From: Actinopolymorphaceae bacterium
GTDB lineage: Bacteria; Actinomycetota; Actinomycetes; Propionibacteriales; Actinopolymorphaceae
Direction of reading: 5' to 3'
Assembly: GCA_036564245.1 (NCBI GenBank)
Contig: DATCKU010000056.1
Coordinates: 21,392-53,391, forward strand
Length of the DNA: 32,000 nt
Shown here in pieces: positions 17,888 to 27,345 of this stretch (positions are counted from its first letter, which is position 1; every line of letters begins with the position of its first letter). Below the pieces are notes generated by a model that searched no databases, was not told the origin of the DNA, and was given only the letters and a program-made list of their open reading frames with translations. Position numbers and translations under genes: made by a program.

Positions 17888-18661
17888 TCACGTGAGCTGT
17901 CGAGCCGCCAGGCGGGCGTAGAGCGTAGGCGCCAGCGCCTGCAGCCCGACCGCGACGCGTAGCCACCGCGGCAGGATGAGCTCGGCGCGATCCCGCTCGA
18001 TCGCACGAATCAACGCCCCCGCGACGCGCTCTGGCGGGAGCGGTCGCGGAAACCGGCGCGCGTACGGCGCTCCTCGCCGTTCGAAGAACTCCGTGTCGAC
18101 GATCCCGGGCGCGACGATGCTGACCCCGACGCCAGTGGTCGCGAGCTCCTCTCGGAGGCTTCGCGCGTACGCATGCAGACCGGCCTTCGTCGCTGCGTAA
18201 CCGGACTCGTTCGGAACGCCAAGCAACGCCGCGATCGACGTCACGAAGCCGATGTGGCCGCCGCCCTTCGCCAGCATGCCGGGTATCACCGCCCGACTGA
18301 GCGCCATGGGCGCCCGGAGGTTGACGGCACTCATGCGGGCAAAGGTCGCGTCGTCATAGACGGTGGCAGGCGCCACATGGCCCACGCCCGCGTTGTTGAC
18401 GAGCAGGTCCGGCGCTGGGTCCAGCTCGGCGAGCTCACGGGCGAATTCGTCCGTACGAGCTGGGTCTTCAAGATCCACGACCGCCGACTGACCACTCGTA
18501 CGCCGGGCAACCTCGGCGAGCCGGGCGGGATCCCGGCCAACCAGCAACAAGCGGCAACCGCGTCGTGCGAACGCGAACGCCAGCGCCCGGCCGATGCCAC
18601 TCGAAGCGCCGGTGATGACGACGAACGACCCTACAACGCGCACCGGCGACAACCCTGCCAC
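17888..18661 (-). CDS. SDR-family oxidoreductase (short-chain dehydrogenase/reductase)
   Basis: TGASSGIGRA cofactor motif, NNAG, catalytic YAATKAG. Confidence 0.9.
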   Translation of the reverse strand: MAGLSPVRVVGSFVVITGASSGIGRALAFAFARRGCRLLLVGRDPARLAEVARRTSGQSAVVDLEDPARTDEFARELAELDPAPDLLVNNAGVGHVAPATVYDDATFARMSAVNLRAPMALSRAVIPGMLAKGGGHIGFVTSIAALLGVPNESGYAATKAGLHAYARSLREELATTGVGVSIVAPGIVDTEFFERRGAPYARRFPRPLPPERVAGALIRAIERDRAELILPRWLRVAVGLQALAPTLYARLAARQLT

Positions 18662-18757
18662 GGATTGCGGCCTTTGTGGAGCTTTTCGATCCCGCCGGTC
18701 ACGGTTCCGAGCCCAAAGCCCCGTGAGGTCATGGCATTGATCCGCTGGAACGACTAC

Positions 18758-18782
18758 GGGTACGGCTGGTCAGCCTGGGTAC
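18758..18782 (+). promoter_or_regulatory. Candidate SigB/SigF-class promoter of dps: GGGTA-N14-GGGTAC
   Basis: GGGTAC at 18758..18763 and again at 18777..18782. The pair fits GNNTN-N14-16-GGGTAY. It is followed by the 7-bp inverted repeat GAGGCAC-CT-GTGCCTC (18783..18798), SD GGGAGGA (18821..18827) and the GTG start at 18835. Confidence 0.45.
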
Positions 18783-18834
18783 GAGGCACCTGTGCCTCCG
18801 CGACACATACCGGACCTCGAGGGAGGAATCGCAC

Positions 18835-19317
18835 GTGGCCGCCAACAGAGAGTTCACGGAGAAGCCGGCAGTTCCCGTCGCCACCAAGGAAGTCGGCCGT
18901 CTGATGCAACCCGTCCTGGTCGACCTGATCGCGTTGTCGCTCAACGGGAAGCAGGCGCACTGGCACGTCCAGGGACGGCACTTCACCCAGGTGCACGAGC
19001 AGCTGGACGATCTCGTAGCCGACGCCCGCAAGTACGCCGACGAGGTCGCCGAACGCCTCATCGCCCTCGACGTCGCGGTCGATGGTCGCCCGGCGACGGT
19101 AGGCAGCACGACCGCGCTGCCCGAGTTCGACGAGGGCTTCCTGAGCGACGACAAAGTAGTGAGCGCCATCGTCGACCAGATCGATGCGGCGATCCGTCGG
19201 GCGCGCGCCGCGCTGAAACCACTCGACGAGATCGACCAGGTGAGCCAGGACATCATCATCGAGCTGCTCCGGGCGCTGGAGAAGCACCGCTGGATGTTCG
19301 CAGCACAGGTCACCTGA
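18835..19317 (+). CDS. dps: Dps (DNA starvation/stationary-phase protection protein, ferritin-like)
   Basis: LNGKQAHWHVQGRHFTQVHEQLDDLVADARKYADEVAERL, the canonical Dps ferroxidase-site region. Confidence 0.93.
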   Translation: MAANREFTEKPAVPVATKEVGRLMQPVLVDLIALSLNGKQAHWHVQGRHFTQVHEQLDDLVADARKYADEVAERLIALDVAVDGRPATVGSTTALPEFDEGFLSDDKVVSAIVDQIDAAIRRARAALKPLDEIDQVSQDIIIELLRALEKHRWMFAAQVT

Positions 19318-19372
19318 CCAGCGGTTTCCCGCTTCACGGTCGGCCTGTGTCTCTCATGATGTGAAACGGGCG

Positions 19373-19396
19373 GATCCCCGCGTTTTGCGCGGGATC
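19373..19396 (+). terminator. Hairpin downstream of dps (possible intrinsic terminator without U-tract)
   Basis: GAT(C)CCCGCG-TTTTG-CGCGGGATC: 6-bp GC stem (19377..19382 / 19388..19393) extended by 3 bp across a one-base bulge. Confidence 0.4.
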
Positions 19397-19469
19397 GGAT
19401 TGGGCACGACAGAAAAGAACGGCGGGATTCGTTCATGCCCAGATTTCCGCGCGGACGAAGGGTCCCCCT

Positions 19470-20219
19470 ATGACTATCCACAACCGTGACCAGCTCGTAC
19501 TCGACCACCTGAGCTTGGCGAGGAAGCTGGCGCATCGATATGCAGGCCGGGGGGAGCCGTTCGACGAGCTCGTCCAGGTCGCCATGCTGGGCCTGGTTCA
19601 GGCGGCTGATCGCTTCGACGCCGATCGTGGGACGAAGTTCTCCTCGTTCGCCGTCCCCACGATCCTCGGCGAGCTACGGCGACATTTCCGTGACCACTGC
19701 TGGGCGGTCCACATCCCGCGCCCGCTGCACGATCGCTACCACCAGGTCTCGCACGCGACCGAGCAGCTCACCACGACCCTGCAACGCCCACCTACGGTCC
19801 GCGAGCTTGCCGTCGCGGTCGGCGTGCGGGAAGAGGAGATCCTCGAGGCCCAGGAAAGCGCGAACGCCTACAGCGCCATCTCCCTCGACGGGCCCACCTC
19901 GACGGACGACTCCGGGGGCGAGACCTCGCTCGGCGACATCCTCGGCGGCGAAGACGGTGAGCTGGATCGAATCGAGAAGCGAGAAGCCGTCCGCCCCGTG
20001 ATGGCGACCGTACCTCCTCGCGAGCGTCGCATCCTCGAGCTGTGGTTCTTCCGCGGGAAGACCCAGGCCGAGATCGCCGACGAGCTCGGCATGTCGCAGA
20101 TGCACGTCTCCCGGCTGCTCGCCACCACGCTGGACAACGTGCGAGCCGTCGTCTTCGAAGACAAGACCGCCGACCAGCTCGAATGGCCCACACCGCGCCC
20201 CCGTCGCAAGGCGAGCTGA
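19470..20219 (+). CDS. RNA polymerase sigma factor, SigB/SigF/SigG (group 3) subfamily
   Basis: Region 2 DELVQVAMLGLVQAADRFDADRGTKFSSFAVPTILGELRRHFRD, region 4 AEIADELGMSQMHVSRLL. Confidence 0.9.
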   Translation: MTIHNRDQLVLDHLSLARKLAHRYAGRGEPFDELVQVAMLGLVQAADRFDADRGTKFSSFAVPTILGELRRHFRDHCWAVHIPRPLHDRYHQVSHATEQLTTTLQRPPTVRELAVAVGVREEEILEAQESANAYSAISLDGPTSTDDSGGETSLGDILGGEDGELDRIEKREAVRPVMATVPPRERRILELWFFRGKTQAEIADELGMSQMHVSRLLATTLDNVRAVVFEDKTADQLEWPTPRPRRKAS

Positions 20220-20232
20220 CGCGACGCCTGGC

Positions 20233-20505
20233 CTACTCGGGTGCACGGGTGGTGTCACGGTAGACCCGCTGCTCGGACTTTACCTCCCGGCCGTCCTCGT
20301 ACACCTGGCGCTTCGTGACCGTGCCACCGCGCCGACGCTTCGACCAGATCGCAAGCTTCAGCGTCACCAGGACGAGACCCGTGAGGATCAGGACCCATCC
20401 CACGACGTTGATCCGCAGCCAGTCCGACTCCGCCGACACGGCGAACGCCAGGATCGCGCCCAGCGCGACCAAGAAGATGCCCACACCGACGTTCACAGCT
20501 TCCAC
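20233..20505 (-). CDS. Small two-TM membrane protein (actinobacterial DUF-type)
   Basis: 90 aa. Two hydrophobic helices (VGIFLVALGAILAFAV, VVGWVLILTGLVLVTLKLAIW) then a basic/acidic tail. Good codon bias. Confidence 0.7.
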   Translation of the reverse strand: MEAVNVGVGIFLVALGAILAFAVSAESDWLRINVVGWVLILTGLVLVTLKLAIWSKRRRGGTVTKRQVYEDGREVKSEQRVYRDTTRAPE

Positions 20506-20624
20506 CTCCTCGTCACCGCGCTGGTACCCGCGGTCGTGGGCGTAACACGTTGTTCGGTCGACGCCACGCTCCGGCCGCCTTTAGGCTCGAGGCAGTGCCA
20601 GCAAAGCCTCGAGGAGTTGATCCG

Positions 20625-22292
20625 GTGCAGCCGTTGCGCAGCGACGATCCCCGACGGATCGGTTCGTACGCAGTCCGTCATCGGCTCGGCTCGGGCGCAA
20701 TGGGCACGGTGTACTTGGGCTTCTCCCCTGGCGGCCGCGCGGTGGCGGTGAAGGTCGCTCGCGACGAGCTCGCCGACGACCCCGAGTTTCGGGAACGGTT
20801 CCGTCGCGAGGTCGAGATGGCGCGGACCGTCGGCGGCTTCTGGACGGCGGCAGTGGTCGACGCAGATCCTTCAGCACCCAGGCCGTGGCTTGCGACGGAG
20901 TACGTCCCGGGCCCGAGCCTGCAGCAGGCGGTGGCGGAGCAAGGCCCGCTCCCCGAGACCGTCGTACGCCGACTCGCTGCCGGTCTCGCCGAGGCGCTGG
21001 TCGCGATCCACGCCGCGGGACTCGTCCATCGCGACCTCAAGCCCTCCAACGTCCTCCTCGGGCCCGACGGTCCTCGGGTCATCGACTTCGGCATCTCGCA
21101 GGCGCTCGAGTGCGCCAAGCTCACCGCCACCGGGATCTTCCTGGGCACACCGGGGTTCCTCTCACCGGAGCAGATATCAGGTGGGGAGATCGGGCCGGCG
21201 AGCGACGTGTTCTCGCTCGGTGCGGTGCTGGTGTACGCCGCCACCGGACGGGGGCCGTTCGGCGACGGCCAGACGTCTGTCCTCATGTATCGCGCGCTGC
21301 ACAACGAGCCGGACCTCGACGACGTGCCGGCAGGGCTGCGCGAGATGGTCTCCCGCTGTCTGCGACGCGACCCAGCCGAACGTCCCGGCCCGGCAGCCCT
21401 CCTCGCCGAGCTGGCCGACACGGGTAACGGCCAGCCAGCGGTGGAATCAGAGCGACGAAGCTGGCTACCGGATCGGCTGCAGACGGTCGTCGACGGCTAC
21501 GTCACGCGCCTGCGCAACGAGGCCGCCACGAGCGGGGTGACCACGGCAGACTCCGACACACCCGCACGGGCTCTTCCCGCGACCAAGCCATACACGCAGG
21601 TGATCGCGTCCGAGTCGCCGGCGGCGCGAGTGGTCCAGCCACCAGGTCCTACGAACGACGGTCTCGCCACGCCAGGGTTGGGCGGATCGGCCGGAGCTCT
21701 CCGTGTGCACCCGAACGGGTCGTCGGCCGCCGGCTCGCCCGCGCCGCCCCCGACGCCGAAACACCCGGCGTACCACGCTCCCTCGTCGGGTGGCGTCCGG
21801 TTCGGCTTGTCCCGGGTCCGGGCGACCGTCTCCGGCATCGCGGCCCTGGTCGGCGGACTCACGGCCGGCGGCATCGCCGACGACCTCGGAGAGGGCGGCG
21901 TCGCCCTGGTCGCGCTGGTGGTGTGCGTTGTCCTGCTCGTGATGGCGACCCGGTTCTTGATCCTCGCCTGCCGGTCTCCGATCAGTCTCGAGGTGAGCTC
22001 ACAGGGCCTGGTCCTCACCAAGGGCCGTGGCCGGTGGGACCTCCCGTGGCATGCGGTCAACCGGGCGCGGGTCGTCCAGCATGGCAAGAAGGCCTGGCTC
22101 ATCGTGTGGTTGACGCCCGGCTGGATGGTGCCGAAGACGGTGGGCGGCTGGTCGCTTCGTCCGTACCACGGCGGCATCCGGCTGTTCCCCATCGCGCCCG
22201 GACGTCGCCGCAAGCAGGTGGGACGGGAGATCCGCGAGCTGCGCGCCGCGCTCGCATGGCACGCGCCACAGGTCTTCGACCGCAGCCCTTGA
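20625..22292 (+). CDS. Ser/Thr protein kinase with Pro/Ala-rich linker, TM segment and small C-terminal domain
   Basis: GTG 20625 with GAGGAG SD. Motifs: GSGAMGTVYLG, AVKV, HRDLKPSNVLL, DFGIS, SPEQ. TM around GGVALVALVVCVVLLVMA. Confidence 0.9.
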   Translation: MQPLRSDDPRRIGSYAVRHRLGSGAMGTVYLGFSPGGRAVAVKVARDELADDPEFRERFRREVEMARTVGGFWTAAVVDADPSAPRPWLATEYVPGPSLQQAVAEQGPLPETVVRRLAAGLAEALVAIHAAGLVHRDLKPSNVLLGPDGPRVIDFGISQALECAKLTATGIFLGTPGFLSPEQISGGEIGPASDVFSLGAVLVYAATGRGPFGDGQTSVLMYRALHNEPDLDDVPAGLREMVSRCLRRDPAERPGPAALLAELADTGNGQPAVESERRSWLPDRLQTVVDGYVTRLRNEAATSGVTTADSDTPARALPATKPYTQVIASESPAARVVQPPGPTNDGLATPGLGGSAGALRVHPNGSSAAGSPAPPPTPKHPAYHAPSSGGVRFGLSRVRATVSGIAALVGGLTAGGIADDLGEGGVALVALVVCVVLLVMATRFLILACRSPISLEVSSQGLVLTKGRGRWDLPWHAVNRARVVQHGKKAWLIVWLTPGWMVPKTVGGWSLRPYHGGIRLFPIAPGRRRKQVGREIRELRAALAWHAPQVFDRSP

Positions 22293-22339
22293 CCAGGCTC
22301 TGAGCGGAGCCCTCCGCAACCGCCACCACTCACCCGCCA

Positions 22340-22351
22340 CACGTGGTCATT
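22340..22351 (-). repeat. Copy G of dispersed motif core (minus strand AATGACCACGTG), 12 nt after the permease stop
   Basis: Exact core match in the 71-bp convergent gap. A 6-bp hairpin GCGGAG-CC-CTCCGC lies at 22304..22317. Confidence 0.75.
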
Positions 22352-22363
22352 GCCAGTGGAGCG

Positions 22364-23299
22364 TCAGCCCTTGCGGCCGGTCGTGGAGATGCCTTCCACG
22401 AAGTGTCGCTGCCCGAGGAAGAAGATGATGATGAGCGGCAGGGTGGCGATGACGCTCGCCGCGAGGACGATCTCCCACTTCATCTCACCGCCGTAGCCGA
22501 ACGAGTCGAGGATCGTCTTCAACCCGCGCGGCAACGTGAAGAGCGCCGAGTCCTGCAAGTAGATGAGCGGCTTGATGAGGTCGGTCCAGCTCTCCCGGAA
22601 CTCGAAGATGAACACCACGATCAGTGCCGGTTTGCAGAGCGGCAACGCGATCCGTCGGAAGAGCCCGAAGTAGCCGCAGCCGTCGACCCGTGCCGCCTCG
22701 AAGAGCTCCCGCGGCAAGGTGAGGAAGAACTGCCGCAGCAGGAAGATGAAGAACGCAGAGCCGAAGAGGTTGTTCGCCCACAACGGCACCTGCGTATTGA
22801 CGAACCCGAGGGCGTCCCAGATCAGGTAGACCGGAATCATCGTCACCGCACCCGGCAGCATCATCGTGCTCAGCACGAGCCCGAAGAGCAGGTTCCGCCC
22901 CGGAAAACGAAAGTAGGCAAACCCGAAGGCCACCAGCGCGCTGCTGATCGTCACGCTTGCAGCGGCCGCGACGCCGACGACGATGCTGTTGACGAACCAT
23001 GTGAAGACCGGCGCCGCCTGCCAGACGGTGATGTAGTTCTCCGGGCTGAACTCCTTGGGGATCAGCGCGTTGTCGAAGACCTGTGCCCGCGGCTTCAACG
23101 ACGCACTGACCAGCCAGATGAAGGGATACGTGAAGAGCGCGGCCAGCAGGATCGCCACCGTGTAGCGGATGACGCTCAAGACCCGCGACGGACGCTCACC
23201 CGGCAGCAGACCGTGGCGCTGCCTCGTCACCCGGCGGCGTCCGGAGACGAACACGTCCGAGGTCAGCCGTCCTGTGCCGACCTGCTCGGTCGTGGCCAT
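22364..23299 (-). CDS. Carbohydrate ABC transporter permease (MalG-like)
   Basis: Six hydrophobic segments and EAA loop EAARVDGCGYFGLFRRIALPL. Confidence 0.9.
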   Translation of the reverse strand: MATTEQVGTGRLTSDVFVSGRRRVTRQRHGLLPGERPSRVLSVIRYTVAILLAALFTYPFIWLVSASLKPRAQVFDNALIPKEFSPENYITVWQAAPVFTWFVNSIVVGVAAAASVTISSALVAFGFAYFRFPGRNLLFGLVLSTMMLPGAVTMIPVYLIWDALGFVNTQVPLWANNLFGSAFFIFLLRQFFLTLPRELFEAARVDGCGYFGLFRRIALPLCKPALIVVFIFEFRESWTDLIKPLIYLQDSALFTLPRGLKTILDSFGYGGEMKWEIVLAASVIATLPLIIIFFLGQRHFVEGISTTGRKG

Positions 23300-24202
23300 C
23301 TACTTGTCCTCCGCCTCGTAGTAGACGAACCGGTTGCCGAAGACCACCTGGATCAACGTGATCACGACGATGATGACGAAGAGGATCCACGCCAGGGCTG
23401 AGGCGTATCCCATGCGCAGGAACGTGAACGCGGACTGGAAGAGGTAGATGAGGTAGAGCGTCGCCGCATCCGAGGAGAACTTCGACCCGGTGCCGAAGTA
23501 CATGGTGTAGACCTGGGTGAACATCTGCAGCGAGCCGATGGTGTTGGTGATCACGCTGAAGAAGACCGCACCGCTGATCATCGGCAGCGTGATGTGGCGG
23601 AACCTGCTCCACCGTCCGACACCGTCGATGGCACCCGCCTCGTAGAGCTCGACTGGCACGTCCTTCAAGGCCGCCAGGAAGATCACCATGGTGCCGCCGA
23701 CGCCCCAGAGGCTCATCAGGATGATTCCGGGCATGATCCAGTCCGCTTCGGTCGTCCAGCCCGGACCGGGAATCCCGAACAGGCCGAGGAACCGGTTCAG
23801 CATGCCGGTCTGGCCGTTGAGCAGGAGCAGGAAGAGCACGCCCACCGCCACCGCGGGCGTCATCGACGGAAGGTAGAAGACGGTCCGGAAGAAGCCCTGC
23901 ACCTTCCGGATCCGGTTGAGCAGCATCGCCAGCAGGAGCGCGATGATCGTCGCGAGAGGCACGTGGAACACCGTGTAGTAGAAGGTGTTCCACAGTGCCC
24001 TTCGCGCGACCGGATCCGACCACGCTTCCCGGTAGTTGTCGAGGCCGACCCAGCTCGGCGGGTTGATGACGTCGTACGACGTGAGCGACAAGACGAAGCT
24101 CGCCACCATCGACCCCGCCGTGAACACCAGGAAGCCGATGAGCCACGGCGAGAGGAACAGATACGCCGCCCGCGTCTCTCCCGAGAACCGGACTCGTGCC
24201 AT
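23300..24202 (-). CDS. Carbohydrate ABC transporter permease (MalF-like)
   Basis: AAYLFLSPWLIGFLVF N-terminus and EAA loop YEAGAIDGVGRWSRFRHITLPM. Abuts the downstream permease with no gap. Confidence 0.9.
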   Translation of the reverse strand: MARVRFSGETRAAYLFLSPWLIGFLVFTAGSMVASFVLSLTSYDVINPPSWVGLDNYREAWSDPVARRALWNTFYYTVFHVPLATIIALLLAMLLNRIRKVQGFFRTVFYLPSMTPAVAVGVLFLLLLNGQTGMLNRFLGLFGIPGPGWTTEADWIMPGIILMSLWGVGGTMVIFLAALKDVPVELYEAGAIDGVGRWSRFRHITLPMISGAVFFSVITNTIGSLQMFTQVYTMYFGTGSKFSSDAATLYLIYLFQSAFTFLRMGYASALAWILFVIIVVITLIQVVFGNRFVYYEAEDK

Positions 24203-24224
24203 CTGCTGCCTCGCGTCGAAGCGT

Positions 24225-25640
24225 CTATCGCACCGCTTGCGCGGCCTTGTCCACGTCGGACTGCGCCCGCTGCAGGGACGCGGCAGGATCCTGCTCCCCT
24301 TGCAGGATGCGGTTGACCGCCTTCACCATCGCGTCGGCGAACTGGGCGCCGATCGGACTGGCGGGCTGGATCACGGCGTGGCTCTGCTGCTCCAGCGCGT
24401 TTCGTACTGCATCGTCGAACACCGACATCTCGCCGCCGGCCGGCTTCCAGATGCCCTCACCGCTCGCGTCGGCGAAGATCTGCTCGTCCGCCTTCAAGTT
24501 TCCGGTGTAGGTGCCGGCGTAGTACTTGCCCTCCTTGGCGAACGCCTTGACCTTGCCCTCGGCCGCGGCGATCCACGCCGGAACCGACGTCATCTCCTTG
24601 GCGAACTTGCACGCGAGGTCCGGGTGCTTGGAGTCCTTCGGGATGACCCACGCCGCTCCACCAGCCGTCGTGACCGGCTCGCCCCTTGCGTTCTTGATGG
24701 GGACGACGGTGAAGTCAACCTTCGTCGGCGCAGTCTCAGCCAGGACAGTGAGGTACCACTGCTCGACGATCATCGCGCCCACTTGGTCGGTGACGAACGG
24801 ATTCTCCGCACCGAAGAAGTCCCAGCTGTCCTTGAACGACTTGACCTTGGTCCAGCCGCCTTGCGCGTCGGCGAGCCGCTTCAGGTTCGTCATCACGTCG
24901 ACCACGGCTGGATCGTCGATGCGCGCGCTCAGACCGTCGTCGCCCATCAGCTGGATCTCGTGAATCGCGCTCCACAACACCGAGGAGTCAGGCAGGGACG
25001 GGTCGAATCCCAACCGCACCAGCTTGCCGCCCTCCATCTTGGTCATCTTCTGGGCGGCGTCGATGAGACTCTCCCAATCGCCGGTGTCGATGCTCTTCGG
25101 ATCGACTCCAGCTTCTTTGGCCACGCGGTTGTTCACCAGCAGCAACGGATAGTTGTAGAACTCGGGAATGCCGTACGTCTTGCCTTCGTACGTGACCGGC
25201 GACATCGCCTGCTCGCGGTATTGGGAGACGTCGATGTGCTCCTTTGCTATGCAGTCGTCGACTGGGATCAACGCACCGCGCGCGGCATAGGACGCGACCT
25301 GGTCCCGGCCCATGTTGACGACGTCCGGCGGGTTGCCCGCAGCGACCGCGGCGAGGAACTGCTGCTCGTCGAACGCACCCTTGTTGAGCTTGGCCTTGGC
25401 ACCGAGATTCTTCTCGGCAAGCGCCAGGCGAATCTGCCCGATCTCGTCGTCGGCTCCGAAGCCGGAGACGGTGAAGCTCTGTGGTCCGGTCGTGGAGTCC
25501 GAGCCCGACTCAGGCTCGTCGTCTGCTCCCACTCCGCCACACGCGGCGAGCGCCAATGCGAACGCCACCGCCGAGGCCGCAACCCCGGTCCGACGCGTCG
25601 ACGTTCCCCGCCACTTTGCGGATCTGATCACCTGAACCAC
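24225..25640 (-). CDS. Extracellular solute-binding lipoprotein (family 1, sugar ABC)
   Basis: Signal peptide with lipobox LALAACGG; size ~470 aa; first gene of the three-gene transporter operon. Start could be the GTG 9 nt downstream. Confidence 0.88.
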   Translation of the reverse strand: MVQVIRSAKWRGTSTRRTGVAASAVAFALALAACGGVGADDEPESGSDSTTGPQSFTVSGFGADDEIGQIRLALAEKNLGAKAKLNKGAFDEQQFLAAVAAGNPPDVVNMGRDQVASYAARGALIPVDDCIAKEHIDVSQYREQAMSPVTYEGKTYGIPEFYNYPLLLVNNRVAKEAGVDPKSIDTGDWESLIDAAQKMTKMEGGKLVRLGFDPSLPDSSVLWSAIHEIQLMGDDGLSARIDDPAVVDVMTNLKRLADAQGGWTKVKSFKDSWDFFGAENPFVTDQVGAMIVEQWYLTVLAETAPTKVDFTVVPIKNARGEPVTTAGGAAWVIPKDSKHPDLACKFAKEMTSVPAWIAAAEGKVKAFAKEGKYYAGTYTGNLKADEQIFADASGEGIWKPAGGEMSVFDDAVRNALEQQSHAVIQPASPIGAQFADAMVKAVNRILQGEQDPAASLQRAQSDVDKAAQAVR

Positions 25641-26263
25641 CTGCCGTCATCACGAGGTACGCACGAATGCGGTAACGATTCCACATGTGCCGGCTAACCG
25701 TACTCACAGGGGATATGACGGTCAACAGCTTCATGCCATGACACGTGGCACAGGGGCATCGACGACGACGCTCGACCCACGTGACGGGGCCCAGTGTGCG
25801 CTTCGCACCAAGCGCGACGCCGACCTCGGACGACAGCTCGAAAGCCTGGTCGGCCGCACACTGCCTGCCAGCACGACGTCGGCTCTGCGCACACCACGAC
25901 TGGAGCAGTCGCGGCATGGCGCGACGGCGATGACGAGGTGGCGGTGACGGGACGACTGAGGTGGCCCTTACGACGGCCGGTCACGTGACGTGACCTGTAT
26001 CCCGCATAGCGGGATCAACTCTGTCGGCCGCTGGTTCGCGTGGTCTCCGATACGGCCACGGTGCGACCGCCGGATCCGGGGTGACCCGAGATACGCCGTC
26101 GGCGTCAAAAGCTCGTGTGACACAAAAAGGCGAAGGCACCGTACACAGCGAGGTAACACACGAAGAACCAGGCGGTGCTGAGTGCGGTGCCTCCGCGATT
26201 GACTACTGGCTACTCGTGGATCGTCTTGCTTCGCTACGGATGAACGGACAGATGTCGCGCCGG

Positions 26264-26476
26264 TTATCGATCGAACTGGCCGGCACGGACACCGCTGACA
26301 AACGCGCGCCACTCACCGACGCCGAACGTCAGCACGGGACCGCCGCGATCCTTCGAGTCGCGGACGGCCATCGACCCTTCGTCGAGAGCGGCGACCTCTA
26401 CGCAAGCACCATTGGATGCGCTATAACTGCTGATGCGCCATCTGAGCGCAGCGGTGTTCGTGTGCACGGGTCTCAC
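26264..26476 (-). CDS. DUF397 domain protein (BldB-like small protein)
   Basis: WRISSYSASNGACVEVA...VAVRDSKD..GPVLTF..EWRAFV is the canonical DUF397 pattern. GTGA overlap with the upstream XRE gene. Confidence 0.9.
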   Translation of the reverse strand: MRPVHTNTAALRWRISSYSASNGACVEVAALDEGSMAVRDSKDRGGPVLTFGVGEWRAFVSGVRAGQFDR

Positions 26477-27345
26477 CTCAACTTCGCCTCCAGCGCTTTG
26501 GCACGCTTGGCGAGTAGCGCTCTGGTCTCGCCGGGATCGTATGCCATCGCGCTCAAATGTCTGTAGGCAATGCTATACCTGTGCACTTCGTTCGGTTCAG
26601 ACAGATAGGTATTTCTGGTCAACGTTTCGATGTAGACCACGTCTGGTTCCCACGATTCGGGGAACTCGAGGATGACGAAGGCGCCGGTCAAGCCTGGGTG
26701 AGCGCCCTTCGACGATGGAAGTATCTGCAGGTCGATGTTCGGTAGCTCAGCCAGCTCGAGAAGGTGCTCCAACTGACCGAGCATCGTTTCCGGCGGACAT
26801 GTGCCGCTGTCGAGTACCGACTCGGCGATAACCACCCATAGTTGCAGTGGATTGTCCTGCCGAGTAAGCGCGCTCTGGCGGGCCATCCGAATCTCGAGGC
26901 GGCGGTCGATTTCTCCAGGTGAGAGAAGTCCCATCGAATGGCCCTCCATGACGGCTCGCGCGTAAGCCTCGGTCTGCAGCCGCCCGTAGAGGGTGCACGC
27001 ATCGAACGCACGGACCCCAGATGCGAGCACTTCCATCTCGAGGTATTCGGTGTAGTCGGCTGGCACGAATTGTTCGTACGCAGACCATTGACGGTGGCCT
27101 GCGGTTGAAGCGCGGGCCATGAGTTGTTCCCGGCGTTCCGGACTTACACCGTAGTAATCCAGCAGAATGCCGAGATCCTTTGAGCTGATACCGCTGGCGG
27201 CAGTTTCAATCCTGCCGAGTTTGGCTGTCTTCCAACCAATCGCCTCGGCGACCTGTGCGAGGGTGGCCTGGCGCGTCTCGCGGAGGAAACGGAGCTCCTT
27301 GGCGAGGCGCCGTTCTCGAAGGGTTGGCGGCCTGCGGCGTGGCAT
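26473..27345 (-). CDS. XRE-family HTH regulator with DUF5753-type C-domain (WhiJ-like)
   Basis: N-terminal HTH LRERRLAKELRFLRETRQATLAQVAEAIGWKTAKLGRIETA and a long C-domain, as in Streptomyces WhiJ-like paralogs. Visibly lower GC than surrounding genes. Confidence 0.88.
   Translation of the reverse strand: MPRRRPPTLRERRLAKELRFLRETRQATLAQVAEAIGWKTAKLGRIETAASGISSKDLGILLDYYGVSPERREQLMARASTAGHRQWSAYEQFVPADYTEYLEMEVLASGVRAFDACTLYGRLQTEAYARAVMEGHSMGLLSPGEIDRRLEIRMARQSALTRQDNPLQLWVVIAESVLDSGTCPPETMLGQLEHLLELAELPNIDLQILPSSKGAHPGLTGAFVILEFPESWEPDVVYIETLTRNTYLSEPNEVHRYSIAYRHLSAMAYDPGETRALLAKRAKALEAKLR

Noticed and set aside
17554-18006. 150-aa minus-strand ORF as an intact small DnaA-like HTH protein.
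   Set aside because: Only 27 residues look like DnaA. The rest is Arg/Pro/Trp-rich. The 5' third overlaps the SDR gene out of frame, and the HTH is cut before its second half. I treat it as a fragment.
25738-25947. 69-aa plus-strand ORF (MTRGTGASTTTLDPRDG...) in the gap upstream of the sugar operon.
   Set aside because: It has mediocre codon bias, no SD, and low-complexity Thr/Arg-rich composition. Its ATG is part of a degenerate motif copy.
26025-26050. tRNA-like GGTTCG segment (CTGGTTCGCGTGGTC).
   Set aside because: It does not match the GGTTCGAAnCC T-loop. No acceptor or anticodon stems can be drawn around it.
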